NCBI GenBank assembly: GCA_900088475.1
Contig: FLMG01001853.1
Location: 1-40,838, forward strand
Direction: 5' to 3'
Source of the DNA: Hyphochytrium catenoides
Lineage: Eukaryota; Protista; Hyphochytriomycota
DNA length: 40,838 nt
The notes under the pieces are model-generated. The model saw only the letters and a program-made list of their open reading frames with translations, did not search any database and had not been told where the DNA came from. Made by a program: the position numbers and the translations under genes. Positions within the stretch are counted from its first letter, which is position 1; each line of letters opens with the position of its first letter. Of this stretch, positions 1-10,793 are shown piece after piece.

Positions 1-3000
1 AAAGAAGACCTTAGAAAGACCCCCTCAACTCGAAGTGCTGCTGCGAGGAAGAAAGAAAGTAGTATAGATATTGTTCGGATTATATGATGCATGGATCGGA
101 CGAGGACCCATGAGCGCAGAAAATAAGAACCCCAACAGCTTTTGCCAAATGAGAAATGGGACGAAAAGGAAGACGCAGGTAAGGACTGAGACAGTTTCGG
201 CAGGACGTTTTGTCGTGCTGCAGTTGTTTACTTTTTTGTGGAGATTGTTGCTGGACGAGATTGTGGTTGACTGACTCCGCCTTTCTATTCTGGGTTGACG
301 ACCTTCCTTTAGACAACGTATCTTCCACTTGCAGCCGCAGCAGCAGTGAAGTGAGTTCGCCTCAACGCCAAAGTATACCAACGGATGACTCTTCGCTCTG
401 CTGCGCCAACGATGGCCCCCTCCTTCTAATATTTTGTTTCCCTAGCTGCGCGCTTGCAAGATTACGATGATGTTAGTGACAATGACCAGCAGCGGCCCCT
501 ACTTCAAAGATACAAGAACTGGCTCCAAAAGAAGGCTCTGCTGCTAGAAGTAGCTGTTGTTGTCGGTGGCGCCCTTCATGAGTACTGATGTGTGTATGTA
601 TATATACTGATGATATATTCACGGTAGGTGGTGATGGTCAAATGATAAGGCAACTTCGTCATAAAGTGGCTAAGGGCTCATCAGCGCTGGTAGCGGCAGT
701 GTGGGGACGGTGGACGATAGCCGGTATATTATATAGGTTGTATCTATAAGGACACGAAGAGCCTGACACAAGAACCTTCTACTAATACCTACCCAAAGGA
801 GGTAGACATAGGGAGGAGGCGGGCATCCTCTGTTGATGATGTACTCCGAAGTATTGTTATTAGCGAACGCAGCAGCCCTTAGATGTAGCGCTGGCGCGCG
901 CTTTCTTTCCTTTAGCTAGCGGCCCCGCGCCCAATTCAGTGCCCGGTACGCCTCGTGCCCCCTAAGCCCCCGCCGCGGAGCCGGCTGTATGGGCGGCCTT
1001 GTCTGACTGGTTTATCCCTACGTCGACCCTAATTTTTCATCCACCACCACCGATCACTACTTTGGTACTGTTGATTGTTCCCACGGGCTAATAAGGTGGA
1101 GGAACACGTACTGCCATAGTGCGATTAAGGTCGCTATTAATGGAGTGTATTATGGAAAACGAAGACGGTAAGATGTCCTGACCACCTCCTCCTTCGTCGG
1201 TCCTTTTCTTTCTTCTTTGTCTACCTTGACATTTACATTATTAATTGCTACATCGTCATTGATGATGGCGGTAGAAGGGTGTAGTACCTTACCCTCGTTC
1301 CTTCTTCTTCCCTCTCTTGGCCGATAGTAATTTAAAGGAGTGATTTTGTTGCTCTTACAATTATCCTAGCCATACAGCCATCATGCCTACTACTATATCA
1401 AGGAGGATTGAGATAGTTCTGCTTAGGAGAATAGGAATTGGTACGGCTTGACCGTCAGCAGGATGCAAAGATGATATTTGAGAAGCATCAGCTAGCACTT
1501 ATTAGTAGTGATATATGGTGCTCGGTCTGTAGAAGAATATCACTTTACAAGACAAGTGGAGTGGATATAGGAGATGAAAGGAGGATTACACTGTTATCAT
1601 CATGAGAGATCTTCTGCTGCTACTTTATAAAGTAGATTTTACCCTTCTACATCAGAGGTTTTAGCACCTCAACAAATAGACATCCTCCTCCTCCTCCATC
1701 ATCGTGGTCTGCAGGGATTTATTGCGGCTGGCTGACATCTGTCACAACTGCACTACGCCCGAATGCTCGCAGCAGCGAACGGAGTGTTCTGGAAGAGATG
1801 AAAGGTAAAGCGGTATAGTATCAACACTTCTATAATGAATATTATCCCAATTTGTCGTCGTTCTCTCAATCTTATGAAGCTTCAGATGAAACGAGGCGCC
1901 TTTGCAGACGGAGCACAAGGTCTTGGTGTGGTGGTGGGCACCACCAACCCTAAGTATAGAGTACAAACCTTCCGCTTCATGAGACGACGAAAGGGCTACT
2001 ACTACAGACATACAAAGAGAAGTATTTTCCTTCCATCAACCGGGAGCCGACAGCATAGATGGTGGGCGAGGGTTCGTCTTGGGGTAAAGACTTCCTATGA
2101 GCCTCCTCTTTCTTCCTCCTCCGTCGCCAGGGGTTGCTTATTTGTTTACAGGGTATAAACGAGATTATTGATAAGAGACTAGGAACCTACTCAGATATAG
2201 AATAATAGACGACGAACGGCCGTCGAGATCGTTATCATAAAAAGAGCACTAGCTAAATAGCCACCATTAGATTAGCTAGTACCACCACCACCACTTTTGC
2301 TAGTGGGCGGCGGGTGGTTGTTGCTTGCCTCGAACCTCTTCTTCCTTTTTCAGGTCTTCTCCGGCGGATGGTGATGCTGATCAGCCTTTTGCCGGATGGA
2401 CCGCCTCCTATATTAATGATCAGAGAGGCCCTCGATCTGGGAAAAAAAGTACTGAGGGAGGAGGAGGAGGAGCAGTCAGTCAATCATGACACTATCTGAC
2501 CTGTTATTATTGTGCTGCTCTCACCGTAATAATGTACATCATCATTATTAAAGCTTCAGGCAACAACGCAACGCCCGCTCGCTCTCTGTTTTGCCTCCTT
2601 TGATTCTGTTGTGTGAGGGTGCATGCCGCCGCTGCTCCTTATAATCACTTGTCTGGGGCTGGTGGACTGGTTATTGGTGGTGATGATGTGTGTGCAAGGA
2701 GAGACGAGGAGGAGGAGTACAACAAGGAGGGGCGACCGACGCGGCGACGACGACAAGAAGGAGGAGAACGATGGTAATTGATGCGTGGCGATGATCTTCT
2801 TGTGGAAGATGACACTCCTATAGCAGCAAGGGCAGCAACAGTTTCCTCCTCCTTTGATAAAGATGACTGGTGGTAGCACAGGACGGCGACGGGATGACGG
2901 AGGAGATTTGGAGCTGTCTGCTGCTGCTGCCGCGAACGACGGCTCGCTCCTCGCTGCTGTTGTTGTCCAAGGAGGAGGAGGAGGAAGAAGAAGCGGGGAT

Positions 3001-3590
3001 GATGTGAGAACGAAGAACGACCAACAACATCAAAACAACGTCCTGGTTCCTTTCCCTCTCTCTGTCCTCTTTCTTAGCCTTTTTAAATTCTGTGGCTGGA
3101 TCAACGATGTGTTAGGATGGTGCGCATGAGCCCAAGACAGTAGTGATTCTGGCCTACCGTGCGCACCTATTGGAGCCCAGCACCGGGTTCGTAGTTGTCC
3201 GTCCTTTTGATGTTCTCTTTCCAAAAAGAATCCACCTCTCTCTCTGTCTTCCCCGGTCCTCTCCCAATCTCTCTGTGTCTCTCTGAATCTCTCTCAGTCT
3301 CTGTCTCGCCTTCCTTCTCCACTTACAAAAGTTTCCTCTTTTGAAGTACTCGTTGTACTTGTACCAGAACTATTTCAGCCTTTCCTTGTTTCCCTTCCTG
3401 CTGCATGAGGTTGCGCTCTGTCTTGGTCTTTCTCTGTTTCTGTAGTCCTCGTAGCCGTGTCTCTCGCCGCTGTCCCACCTTCATCAACGCCATCCCTGTT
3501 TCCGTGTTGTTCCTTTCCCCCTCTCTCTACGGGCAGCACAACGCATAGAATAAGAGGAAGTGTTCCTTCCACGTCGCTCTGTGTCTCCAC

Positions 3591-3641
3591 NNNNNNNNNN
3601 NNNNNNNNNNNNNNNNNNNNNNNNNNNNNNNNNNNNNNNNN
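3591..3641. other. Assembly gap (N run)
   Basis: 51 Ns. Confidence 0.99.
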
Positions 3642-3661
3642 TCTCTCTTTCTCTCTCTCTT

Positions 3662-3695
<34 letters not shown>

Positions 3696-3696
3696 G

Positions 3697-3740
<44 letters not shown>

Positions 3741-3830
3741 CTCTCTCTCTTTCTCTCTCCACTCTCTCTCTTTCTCTCTCCTCTCTCTCTTTCTCTCTCC
3801 ACTCTCTCTCTTTCTCCCTCTCTGTCTCGT
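3642..3830. repeat. (CT)n/(CTTT) microsatellite tract
   Basis: Near-pure polypyrimidine CT repeat directly after the N-gap. Confidence 0.95.
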
Positions 3831-4276
3831 TCTCTGGCTACACGCTCTCCCCCCTCTCCACCTTTCTATTTCCTCTCGTTCTGTTTGTCTCTCCTTGCTC
3901 TGATTTCGTTCTATCCTCTGCTTGTAGTTGGCGACAGCGGACATTCGAGTCGTTGGTGTTTTCGTTTGTGCCCCAGAAAGGGAGAAAGAGCGAGGAGAGA
4001 ACGCAATAGCTTTTCTTGAAGATAAGCAACGGCGGCTTCTTTATCGGATCATCCTCACTCAGAGTGCTCCTTCTGGAGAAACCTCGCGCGTGGCGTTTAC
4101 TCTCAGCTATCGGACTCCACCTTGTTGATCCTGTCTCAAACAGCTCGTCTCCCCAATCTCACGCCATTGCTGCCACTAGGACTGCGTGTAGTCAAGAGTA
4201 GGGACCTTTCCTTTTGATTCTTTCTCCGCAGGGCTGGATAAATGGTCTTCAAGATCCCGACAGATGCGCAGGTTGG

Positions 4277-6038
4277 ATGACGTTACTACAGATGAGGAAG
4301 AACGGAGCCGCCATCTCCAAGTCAAGGACTGCGGATAGAGGTCCTGAGGCGGAGCAGCAAAGCGCAAGCGCCGCGCGTTGGCCGCCGTCCTTGCCGGATC
4401 GGGTTTCTTCCGCAGATCCACTGGCAACCCTTCCTGACTGGTCGGCGGGGCTCTTCGACTGCAATGAGACTACGGTGAGCAACCTTGAATATTTGTGGGT
4501 GGAGCGTGCTCACTGATGCTCTCTCTTCTGTTAATCTCTTCTGCGGTGCTTGTTGCGGACGCTCGGCCCTTGTTTGTTGCTCCTTTTGGCATCTCTCCTT
4601 CACAAGAATGCAGTAACTATGGGAGCGATGACGGCTGAGACTTTCACGAGCTTACCGCTCACCGGGCGGCCGGTCCCGTCCGCACTTCTTTCAAGCCCAG
4701 TCTCGTCCATGCCCTTCGCTTTGATCCCTGACCAGCAGAGCCAGCTCCTCGCTCCCGCAAGCCCCTTCCTACCCACTGCTGTAAGGGCCAGTGAGCCCGG
4801 AGGTCAGTCAACCCCCCTAAATCTGGCCAACGCAATGCCGGTATCACGCTTAGAGGTGCCAGAACTGCAGATGGCTGCACAGGGCATTAGTCCTCTGTCT
4901 CTTCCATCTCATGGCGGACAACTGGGGCACTGGCCGATTTCCTTGAGCGAGTCTGAATCCTCTGCTCGCACGGTTATGCCGTCGAACAGGAAGACGAGTT
5001 TGCAGCGCGGGGCAGAGAGGATGCCGCAGTCCCAGCAGTTAGGCGAAATGCTCTCATCTTCCACTGAGCAACAGCAGGATGCAGGGAGCTTGTCTACCAT
5101 AGCTACTGGCCCTATGTCCGACTCCCCGCAGCTCGCATTGAAGAACTCCGTGCCACTTCCCGGTGGGAGAGCATCCAATGATGCTCACGGTTCGTTGGAG
5201 TGGCAAGACAACCCTATGAGGGCATCGCGAAGAACCGAGGAGAGTCCCGCGGCACAGGGTCTCACGGGACTCAGCACAGCTCTGAAAAGCAAGCACCGCA
5301 ACAGGTTCTTGAACCTACTTTATCGTTTTATGCACGTGTCTAGTCATTCGAACTCGCCCATCTAGAGTTCTTTTCATCCCGCTATCTCTATAACAAGAGC
5401 CTTAAAGCTGATCCCTATTTCTCTGACTAACTGACGTCCGCGGCAGTGAACACAGGAAGGAGATCAATAGAAATAGTGCGCGGAAGTCCCGGCAGCGAAA
5501 GAAAGCATATCTGGACTCCCTAGAGCAGGGCGTGCGGCAGAATAGTCTTTTCAAGCTCATGGCGGAGAACGCTGTTGATATGATCTCAATCCATCACCTC
5601 GATCCAGGAGGGACTTACCGCTACGCTTCTCCATCTTTCAAGATGCTTGGCTATGAGCCTTCAGAACTCATCGGCACCTCTGCATACAATTATTTCCATC
5701 CGGTGAGTGGTAGCAGGCAATATTGGCCATATTGGCCACCGGCGTACCTTCAGGCTGACATTTCTTTTTCATTTCTCCCCATCTTCCTGGGCTGGCAGGA
5801 TGACATTCAGCAAATTATTCGTTCGCACCAGTCGGTCCTCGCAGAGGGCGTGTTTCCTCGGCTGCTCTATAGAATGCGACATAAGGACGGAACCTATTCT
5901 TGGGTGGAGACCTCCTCTTCTATGAGCCCGGAGGGCGTGATCTGCATCACGAGGGACTTGAGCACCTCAATCGCGGAATTTAGGACCATGATAGATAGTG
6001 ACGGGCAGCGCAGAGTGCTGCCGCACAGCAACAAGTAG
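4277..6038 (+). CDS. bZIP-PAS transcription factor (spliced; 5' end uncertain)
   Basis: Predicted exons 4277-4474, 4607-5304, 5447-5702, 5799-6038, all GT-AG and phase-compatible; an alternative start ATG is at 4619. Exon 3 encodes the bZIP basic region EHRKEINRNSARKSRQRKKAYLDSLE (N-x7-R-x9-L), followed by a PAS domain (ASPSFKMLGYEPSELIG..YNYFHP|DD..YRMRHKDGTYSWVE..VICITRD). The N-terminal part is long and S/P/Q-rich. Confidence 0.85.
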
Positions 6039-7761
6039 TGGCTGTAGAGGCGAGCTGTGATTGTTGAGGGTAAAGAGTTTTCACTGAACCCTAGTAATAA
6101 GGAGGGATGTTTTGTTCTGCTGAGGAGATGAAGCTTGAGAGGGAAGTACGTGGTGTTATAGAGGGTGCGTGGGGACACTGGAGGACTAACACAGATTGCT
6201 GGGGTGCCTTGCAACAGGCGAGGTCCTGTAGGACTGGGCTCGCATTCCACAAACAATCATCAAGATCGACAAAAGATGGGACACTAGGGACCTTTCCTCT
6301 TAATGTTTCATTCTTCTGGTTGGTACATTTGGCGTTAGCAATGTTGGGACTCCTCACATTGTACACGAGAGATGCTTCTGTCAGGTTGTCTGACTTCAGC
6401 TGGCCGCCTGAGAGTTGATGGGGTGTCAGTAGATGAGCATAGAGGACACCTCCATCTGCAACCATTTGTGTCTACACATTGAAAGGGACACTTCGTGCCT
6501 GAAGCTGAAGGGTCACGGGCTTTACGAATTCGCTCTATTTCTCCTTCGCAAGGTTGTCGGGTTCTCCTCCTGTCCCCATTCAAATATGGGAGCTGTTCTT
6601 GATTTGATGCTGCAATGAAGTATACTTAATCATTACGAGCAGAATGTAGCGGTTATTCGGTCAGCGGGCGAACCATGCCTGCATATCCTTAGTAGGGTGC
6701 TTCTGGCTATTCGGGGAAATAATCAACCACGTCTGCGGCTGCTGAAAGGCTGCATTGATAAACAATTCCAGCAAAAGAGTGAGGGACACAGCCAGGTTGC
6801 CGGATTCACTTATAACCACTGTCTATCTGCTGGCTTGATGATAGTGCCTGCACAACCTTTGCATCCACACTCTATCAAAACAGTTGAGAGTCCAGGATGT
6901 CCCAACCTCATGACTCTGCGATAATATGTGAGAGTGGAAAGCTGCGTTTATTGATCGTCATCATCATCATCCTGTTGGACGCCGTAAGGCCAAGCAGCGA
7001 AGGAATGGACTCCCAGCGGGAACAGTGTCAATGTAACCTTCTGAAAGTCCTCATCAGTCTGCGCGTCACATATGTTTCTTCCTTCTTCTGACAATGAAGA
7101 TTATAAAGTTGGCAAGCAGCATGAGCATTAGACCTTGTCCCTGCACTTCTTCTTCTCCTTTGTCTTCTCATTCTTTGCGCTCTTTCTCCTCCCACCTTAA
7201 GGGGCAGCGCGCCAAGACCTAAGATAAAGACTATGAAGAACATCTCTCAATCATCATCAAACGGACAAGAGAAGAACAAGAAGCTCAGAAAAACCAGACT
7301 CAGTACTAGAATTATGATTATCATTTGTTGGATAAGAAAGTTTGGTTCCTTTCCCCAGTACTCCGCTAAAGGATTGTAAGTTGTAGACAAGAATTGCCGC
7401 ATGAGAGTTAACAAACAAAGCAATTTGCCGTACCTGTCAGTGCCAGAAAAGCGGATCTTATGGTCAGATATCATCCATCTTAGCACTAATCTTTAAACTG
7501 CCCCTGATTCTTCACCGTCCAGACAGCAAAGTCAGTGAAATATTGGAAAAGAATACGACCATTTTTGGGAGGCTCTTATATGAGGGATTCTTGCAATGAT
7601 TCCGGATCTGCATGGGCTGTGTTCCCTTCGCCAATGATTGGCCGTGGCAGTGCGGCCGCCGCTGCCCTCCGCCCAGCCAGCGGTCTGCAGCCTCTCTGGA
7701 AAATCTGGGATCTCCACTTCTCAATCTGCTCATCGTGCTCGCATCAGCCCTGCAAGGTACA

Positions 7762-8819
7762 ATGGCCACCAACAAAGGCAGAGTCCGCAACCCAGAGCTC
7801 GCCCGTGGGGTGAACGCTTTCTCTAAGAGCCTTGCGGCTAAGAAGAAGCTCAAGTGGAAGTTTGCACAGAAGGGCAAGGGTGCAAAGAAGGTTGTCAAGC
7901 TTCCTGAGGCAACCAAGGCGCCCAAGTTCTACCCTGCAGATGACATCAAGAAGCCACTTCCTAGCGCTAAGACCAAGCGCAACTCCAAGAAGACGGCTGT
8001 TTTGAGGAAGTCTATTACTCCTGGCACCGTCCTTATCCTCCTTTCTGGGCGCTTCCGTGGCAAGCGCGTTGTCTTCCTGAAGCAGCTGGCATCTGGCACT
8101 CTCCTAGTCACTGGTACACCATCTGTGCTTGCGCTTGCTAACTTAAGAGCGTCATTCACCTATTTTCTTTCTTTTAGGCCCATACAAGGTCAACGGCGTC
8201 CCTCTTCGCCGCGTAAACCAGGCCTATGTTATTGCTACCAGCACTAAGGTGGACCTGTCTGGCGTGAAGATCCCCGAGTCTATCAACGACAGCTACTTCG
8301 CCAAGGATGCAACTTCTTCCAAGAAGGGAGAGGAGGAGTTCTTCTCACAGTCCAAGCAGGTAGGTGTTGCCAGTGTGTTTACTACCTAGATCCCAAGCGC
8401 TGATGGGCAGGCCTGTGAGTGTGAAGGACTTGTGGGTAGCATTGCGTGAGAGTCGGCGATACAGCCGTATCTCTCTCTTTGTTGCATTGTCCGCACGTTG
8501 GAGCACAGCTGTTAAGCGAGGCGCCAGTGCCGCACAGCCTGGAGAACTTCACGCTTGGTGAAACTCCTTTCCGCCTCACAAATCACATTCATCATCAGCG
8601 CTTGGGATCGCTGTAATAAAGCTCCCATAAGAGGACTGAACGTTCGTGTCCTCTTACTTTCACTAGGCCGCTGTGGTCTCGGACCAGCGCAAGAAGGACC
8701 AGAAGACCGTCGATGCAGGCATTCTGAAGGCCGTTGAGGCTGAGCCCCTGCTCAAGGCTTACCTTGGCGCCAAGTTCTCGCTAAAGAGAGCAGACAAGCC
8801 TCATGAGATGAAGTTCTAA
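7762..8819 (+). CDS. RPL6: 60S ribosomal protein eL6 (L6e), 3 exons
   Basis: Exons 7762-8113, 8178-8359, 8667-8819. Hallmark sequences: [38 protein letters not shown]|[25 protein letters not shown] and C-terminal [23 protein letters not shown]. Confidence 0.98.
8389..8609 (+). ncRNA. Candidate structured intronic RNA element in RPL6 intron 2 (regulatory RNA or intron-encoded ncRNA)
   Basis: GATCCCAAGCGCTGATG (8389-8405) is the exact reverse complement of CATCAGCGCTTGGGATC (8593-8609). The enclosed sequence contains several further helices. Family not recognised. Confidence 0.55.
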
Positions 8820-9364
8820 GCCTGACCAATAGGAAAGGCCACTAATAAACGCACGATGAAGCTCAAAGTGAAGTCCTTAGGCAATGTTTTCAGACAGTAC
8901 TTCACGATGAGAGAGTGGTCCAGTCTGCTGGACATGCCTGCTATCGTATTTTCTATTCCAACAAATAGCCATTGCAACAAGAGGGGACTTTCTTACTCTA
9001 GACGTTGCCTCTTCCCCACATCCACAACTACTGCATACCCGTTCCAACGTAGAAAGAAAGGAACTCCTTTAAGAACTCTATCTGTGGCGGTTAAGCTGGC
9101 TGACACTGCCATAACATTCACATTACATGTTAATAATAGATAGGAATAGATGGATGAATCCACAACGAAACTACGCTAGCCATGCAAGACGGCCATTTTC
9201 CTCTCGTTCCCTTCTCCTACTGAGGTACTCTGTAACACTTCATAAAGAGCGTTGCAACGGTGAGAAGTGATTAGCGTTGCCAGGTCAATAATCTGCTTAG
9301 GTGCTAGTTTAAGAGAGATGATGTGGCTGGCCTTGAAGAAATAAATAGAAAAAGTACGCAGCCA

Positions 9365-9601
9365 TCATCTGGTGCCTGAGAGCTGGGTTGACTTGGCCTC
9401 ATAGTCCGTCCGTTGCTTGGCTTCAAGCCTCTTCTGAGCCTCCGCTTTCTTCACTATGTCATCTGCACGCGCAAACGTGGTGGTCAGAAGGCCAAAGGAG
9501 GAAAAGGGGATATTTGGAGTCGTACAGAAGCCTGTCTTGATCATAAAGAATTCCATTGCAGCGCCACTGACGAAGCAGATTGGGACTAACTTCTTCAACA
9601 T
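9365..9601 (-). CDS. SMIM4: Small mitochondrial membrane protein, SMIM4/UQCC5 (UPF0640) family
   Basis: Exons 9601-9526 and 9462-9365 with a 63-nt GT-AG intron. The product MLKKLVPICFVSGAAMEFFMIKTGF|YDIVKKAEAQKRLE has the family pattern F..GA.ME.FMIKTGFYD. Confidence 0.75.
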   Translation of the reverse strand: MLKKLVPICFVSGAAMEFFMIKTGFCTTPNIPFSSFGLLTTTFARADDIVKKAEAQKRLEAKQRTDYEAKSTQLSGTR

Positions 9602-10394
9602 CCCAGCGAGCATAGTCTGCCTTCCCGCTAACGCAGCCATCGTCGCTTGGTAAGCACGAAGACTCTTCTGAACCGGTTCACAGTCACCCCAGGCAAAGCT
9701 TCCTCCCAGCAAATCCAATCTCCTCTTCTTCTACTACGAATGGTGAGTAGCTTCACAAGCGATGACGCAATGACTGCTCCTTCCTGCTTGCCGTTCCTCG
9801 TCCATGCGCGTACCGCCAAAAACGACCACCAGTAGTAGGTTCCTCCTCCTGCTGTTGTCGTCACTCTCTGTCTGATCTCTGCACCTTCCTTTGGCAACAT
9901 CGTGATCCTATCCATTGGGTTGTCTGTGAGTGGTGTGCACAGTTCTGACGTGTACAACTAAGTGCGCACAAACTACATTGGAGGGCCGTGAAGGTTCTCA
10001 GCGGCTACTACGACATCGCACTCGGTCAGTGCGCATTCCTTCTTCTAAATTTATGGGGGATCTGCGGGGCGAGTTCGTGCAGAGCGAATCTGCTGTTGCA
10101 GTCATTTTATTAGTGTTCATGGTGCCAGCACACGAACTTGCACGTGCGCACCAAGTATTTGACCGCAATGAAGTAAGGTGCGCTTACTACTATAAAACTT
10201 CGGGAATGAGAAGTGAGAAGGCTTTATCCTAAAGATCTTGGTTCCACATTCTCCTTCATAGAGATTCTTCTTCATCCCAGTTCCTGCTGTCAGGTGTCAG
10301 GCAGATAGCTGCTGCCCCAGAGCAGCCGCCACAGAAATCTAGACAAAGGGGAGCTGGTAGAGAGCACAGAGAGTGCGATCTAAACCGTAGCACC

Positions 10395-10793
10395 ATGTCG
10401 GAGCACCATCTGCCGATGACGATGGCCCTGATCCTAGGCGTGGGAGGGGTCATGGGATACGTCAAAGGCCGAAGCATGCCCTCCCTTATCGCAGGCACCG
10501 CCCTGGGTTCAGGCTTCGCTTTGGCCGCAATCACAATCAAGAGCGGGCGAATGGTGGAGGGTCATTCGCTTGCGTTAGCCAGCGGCCTGGCCACCGTAGG
10601 TGGCACAGCCAGACGTGCACTTAAGTCCGGCGCCACAATCCCAAAGGTATCTGGGACTGCTATCCATGCTATCAACGTAGAGGGAGCCTTCCCTTATCTG
10701 AAGTCCATTTTGCTTGATGTGCAGGTTCTTTGTGGTCTAGGGCTAGGGGCCTCCGCCTACCATGCGAGGAAGGTCCTGGATTGGTGGGATTAA
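10395..10793 (+). CDS. TMEM14: TMEM14/FAX family small membrane protein
   Basis: Exons 10395-10646 and 10725-10793. Contains GGVMGYVKGRSMPSLIAG (TMEM14 signature GG..GY.K..S..SL.AG), several hydrophobic helices and a C-terminal YHARK. Confidence 0.85.
   Translation: MSEHHLPMTMALILGVGGVMGYVKGRSMPSLIAGTALGSGFALAAITIKSGRMVEGHSLALASGLATVGGTARRALKSGATIPKVSGTAIHAINVEGAFPYLKSILLDVQVLCGLGLGASAYHARKVLDWWD

Noticed and set aside
3375-4009. Long ORFs of ER/LS repeats (also at 11951-12169, 16499-17024, 25087-25895)
   Set aside because: These are translations of (CT)n/(GA)n microsatellites, which lack stop codons by composition.
5447-6038. Aureochrome (bZIP-LOV) call
   Set aside because: The PAS domain lacks the GxNCRFLQ photoactive cysteine motif.
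7612-7761. N-terminal extension of RPL6 in the ORF track
   Set aside because: No eL6-like character; the ATG at 7762 gives a normal basic eL6 N-terminus.
8389-8609. Assignment to box C/D snoRNA, U17/snR30, RNase P/MRP, SRP RNA or TPP riboswitch
   Set aside because: No CUGA D box before the closing stem, no ANANNA hinge, no U17 m1/m2 motifs, no P4 CR-I/CR-V, and no SRP or TPP consensus that I could recognise. Left unassigned.
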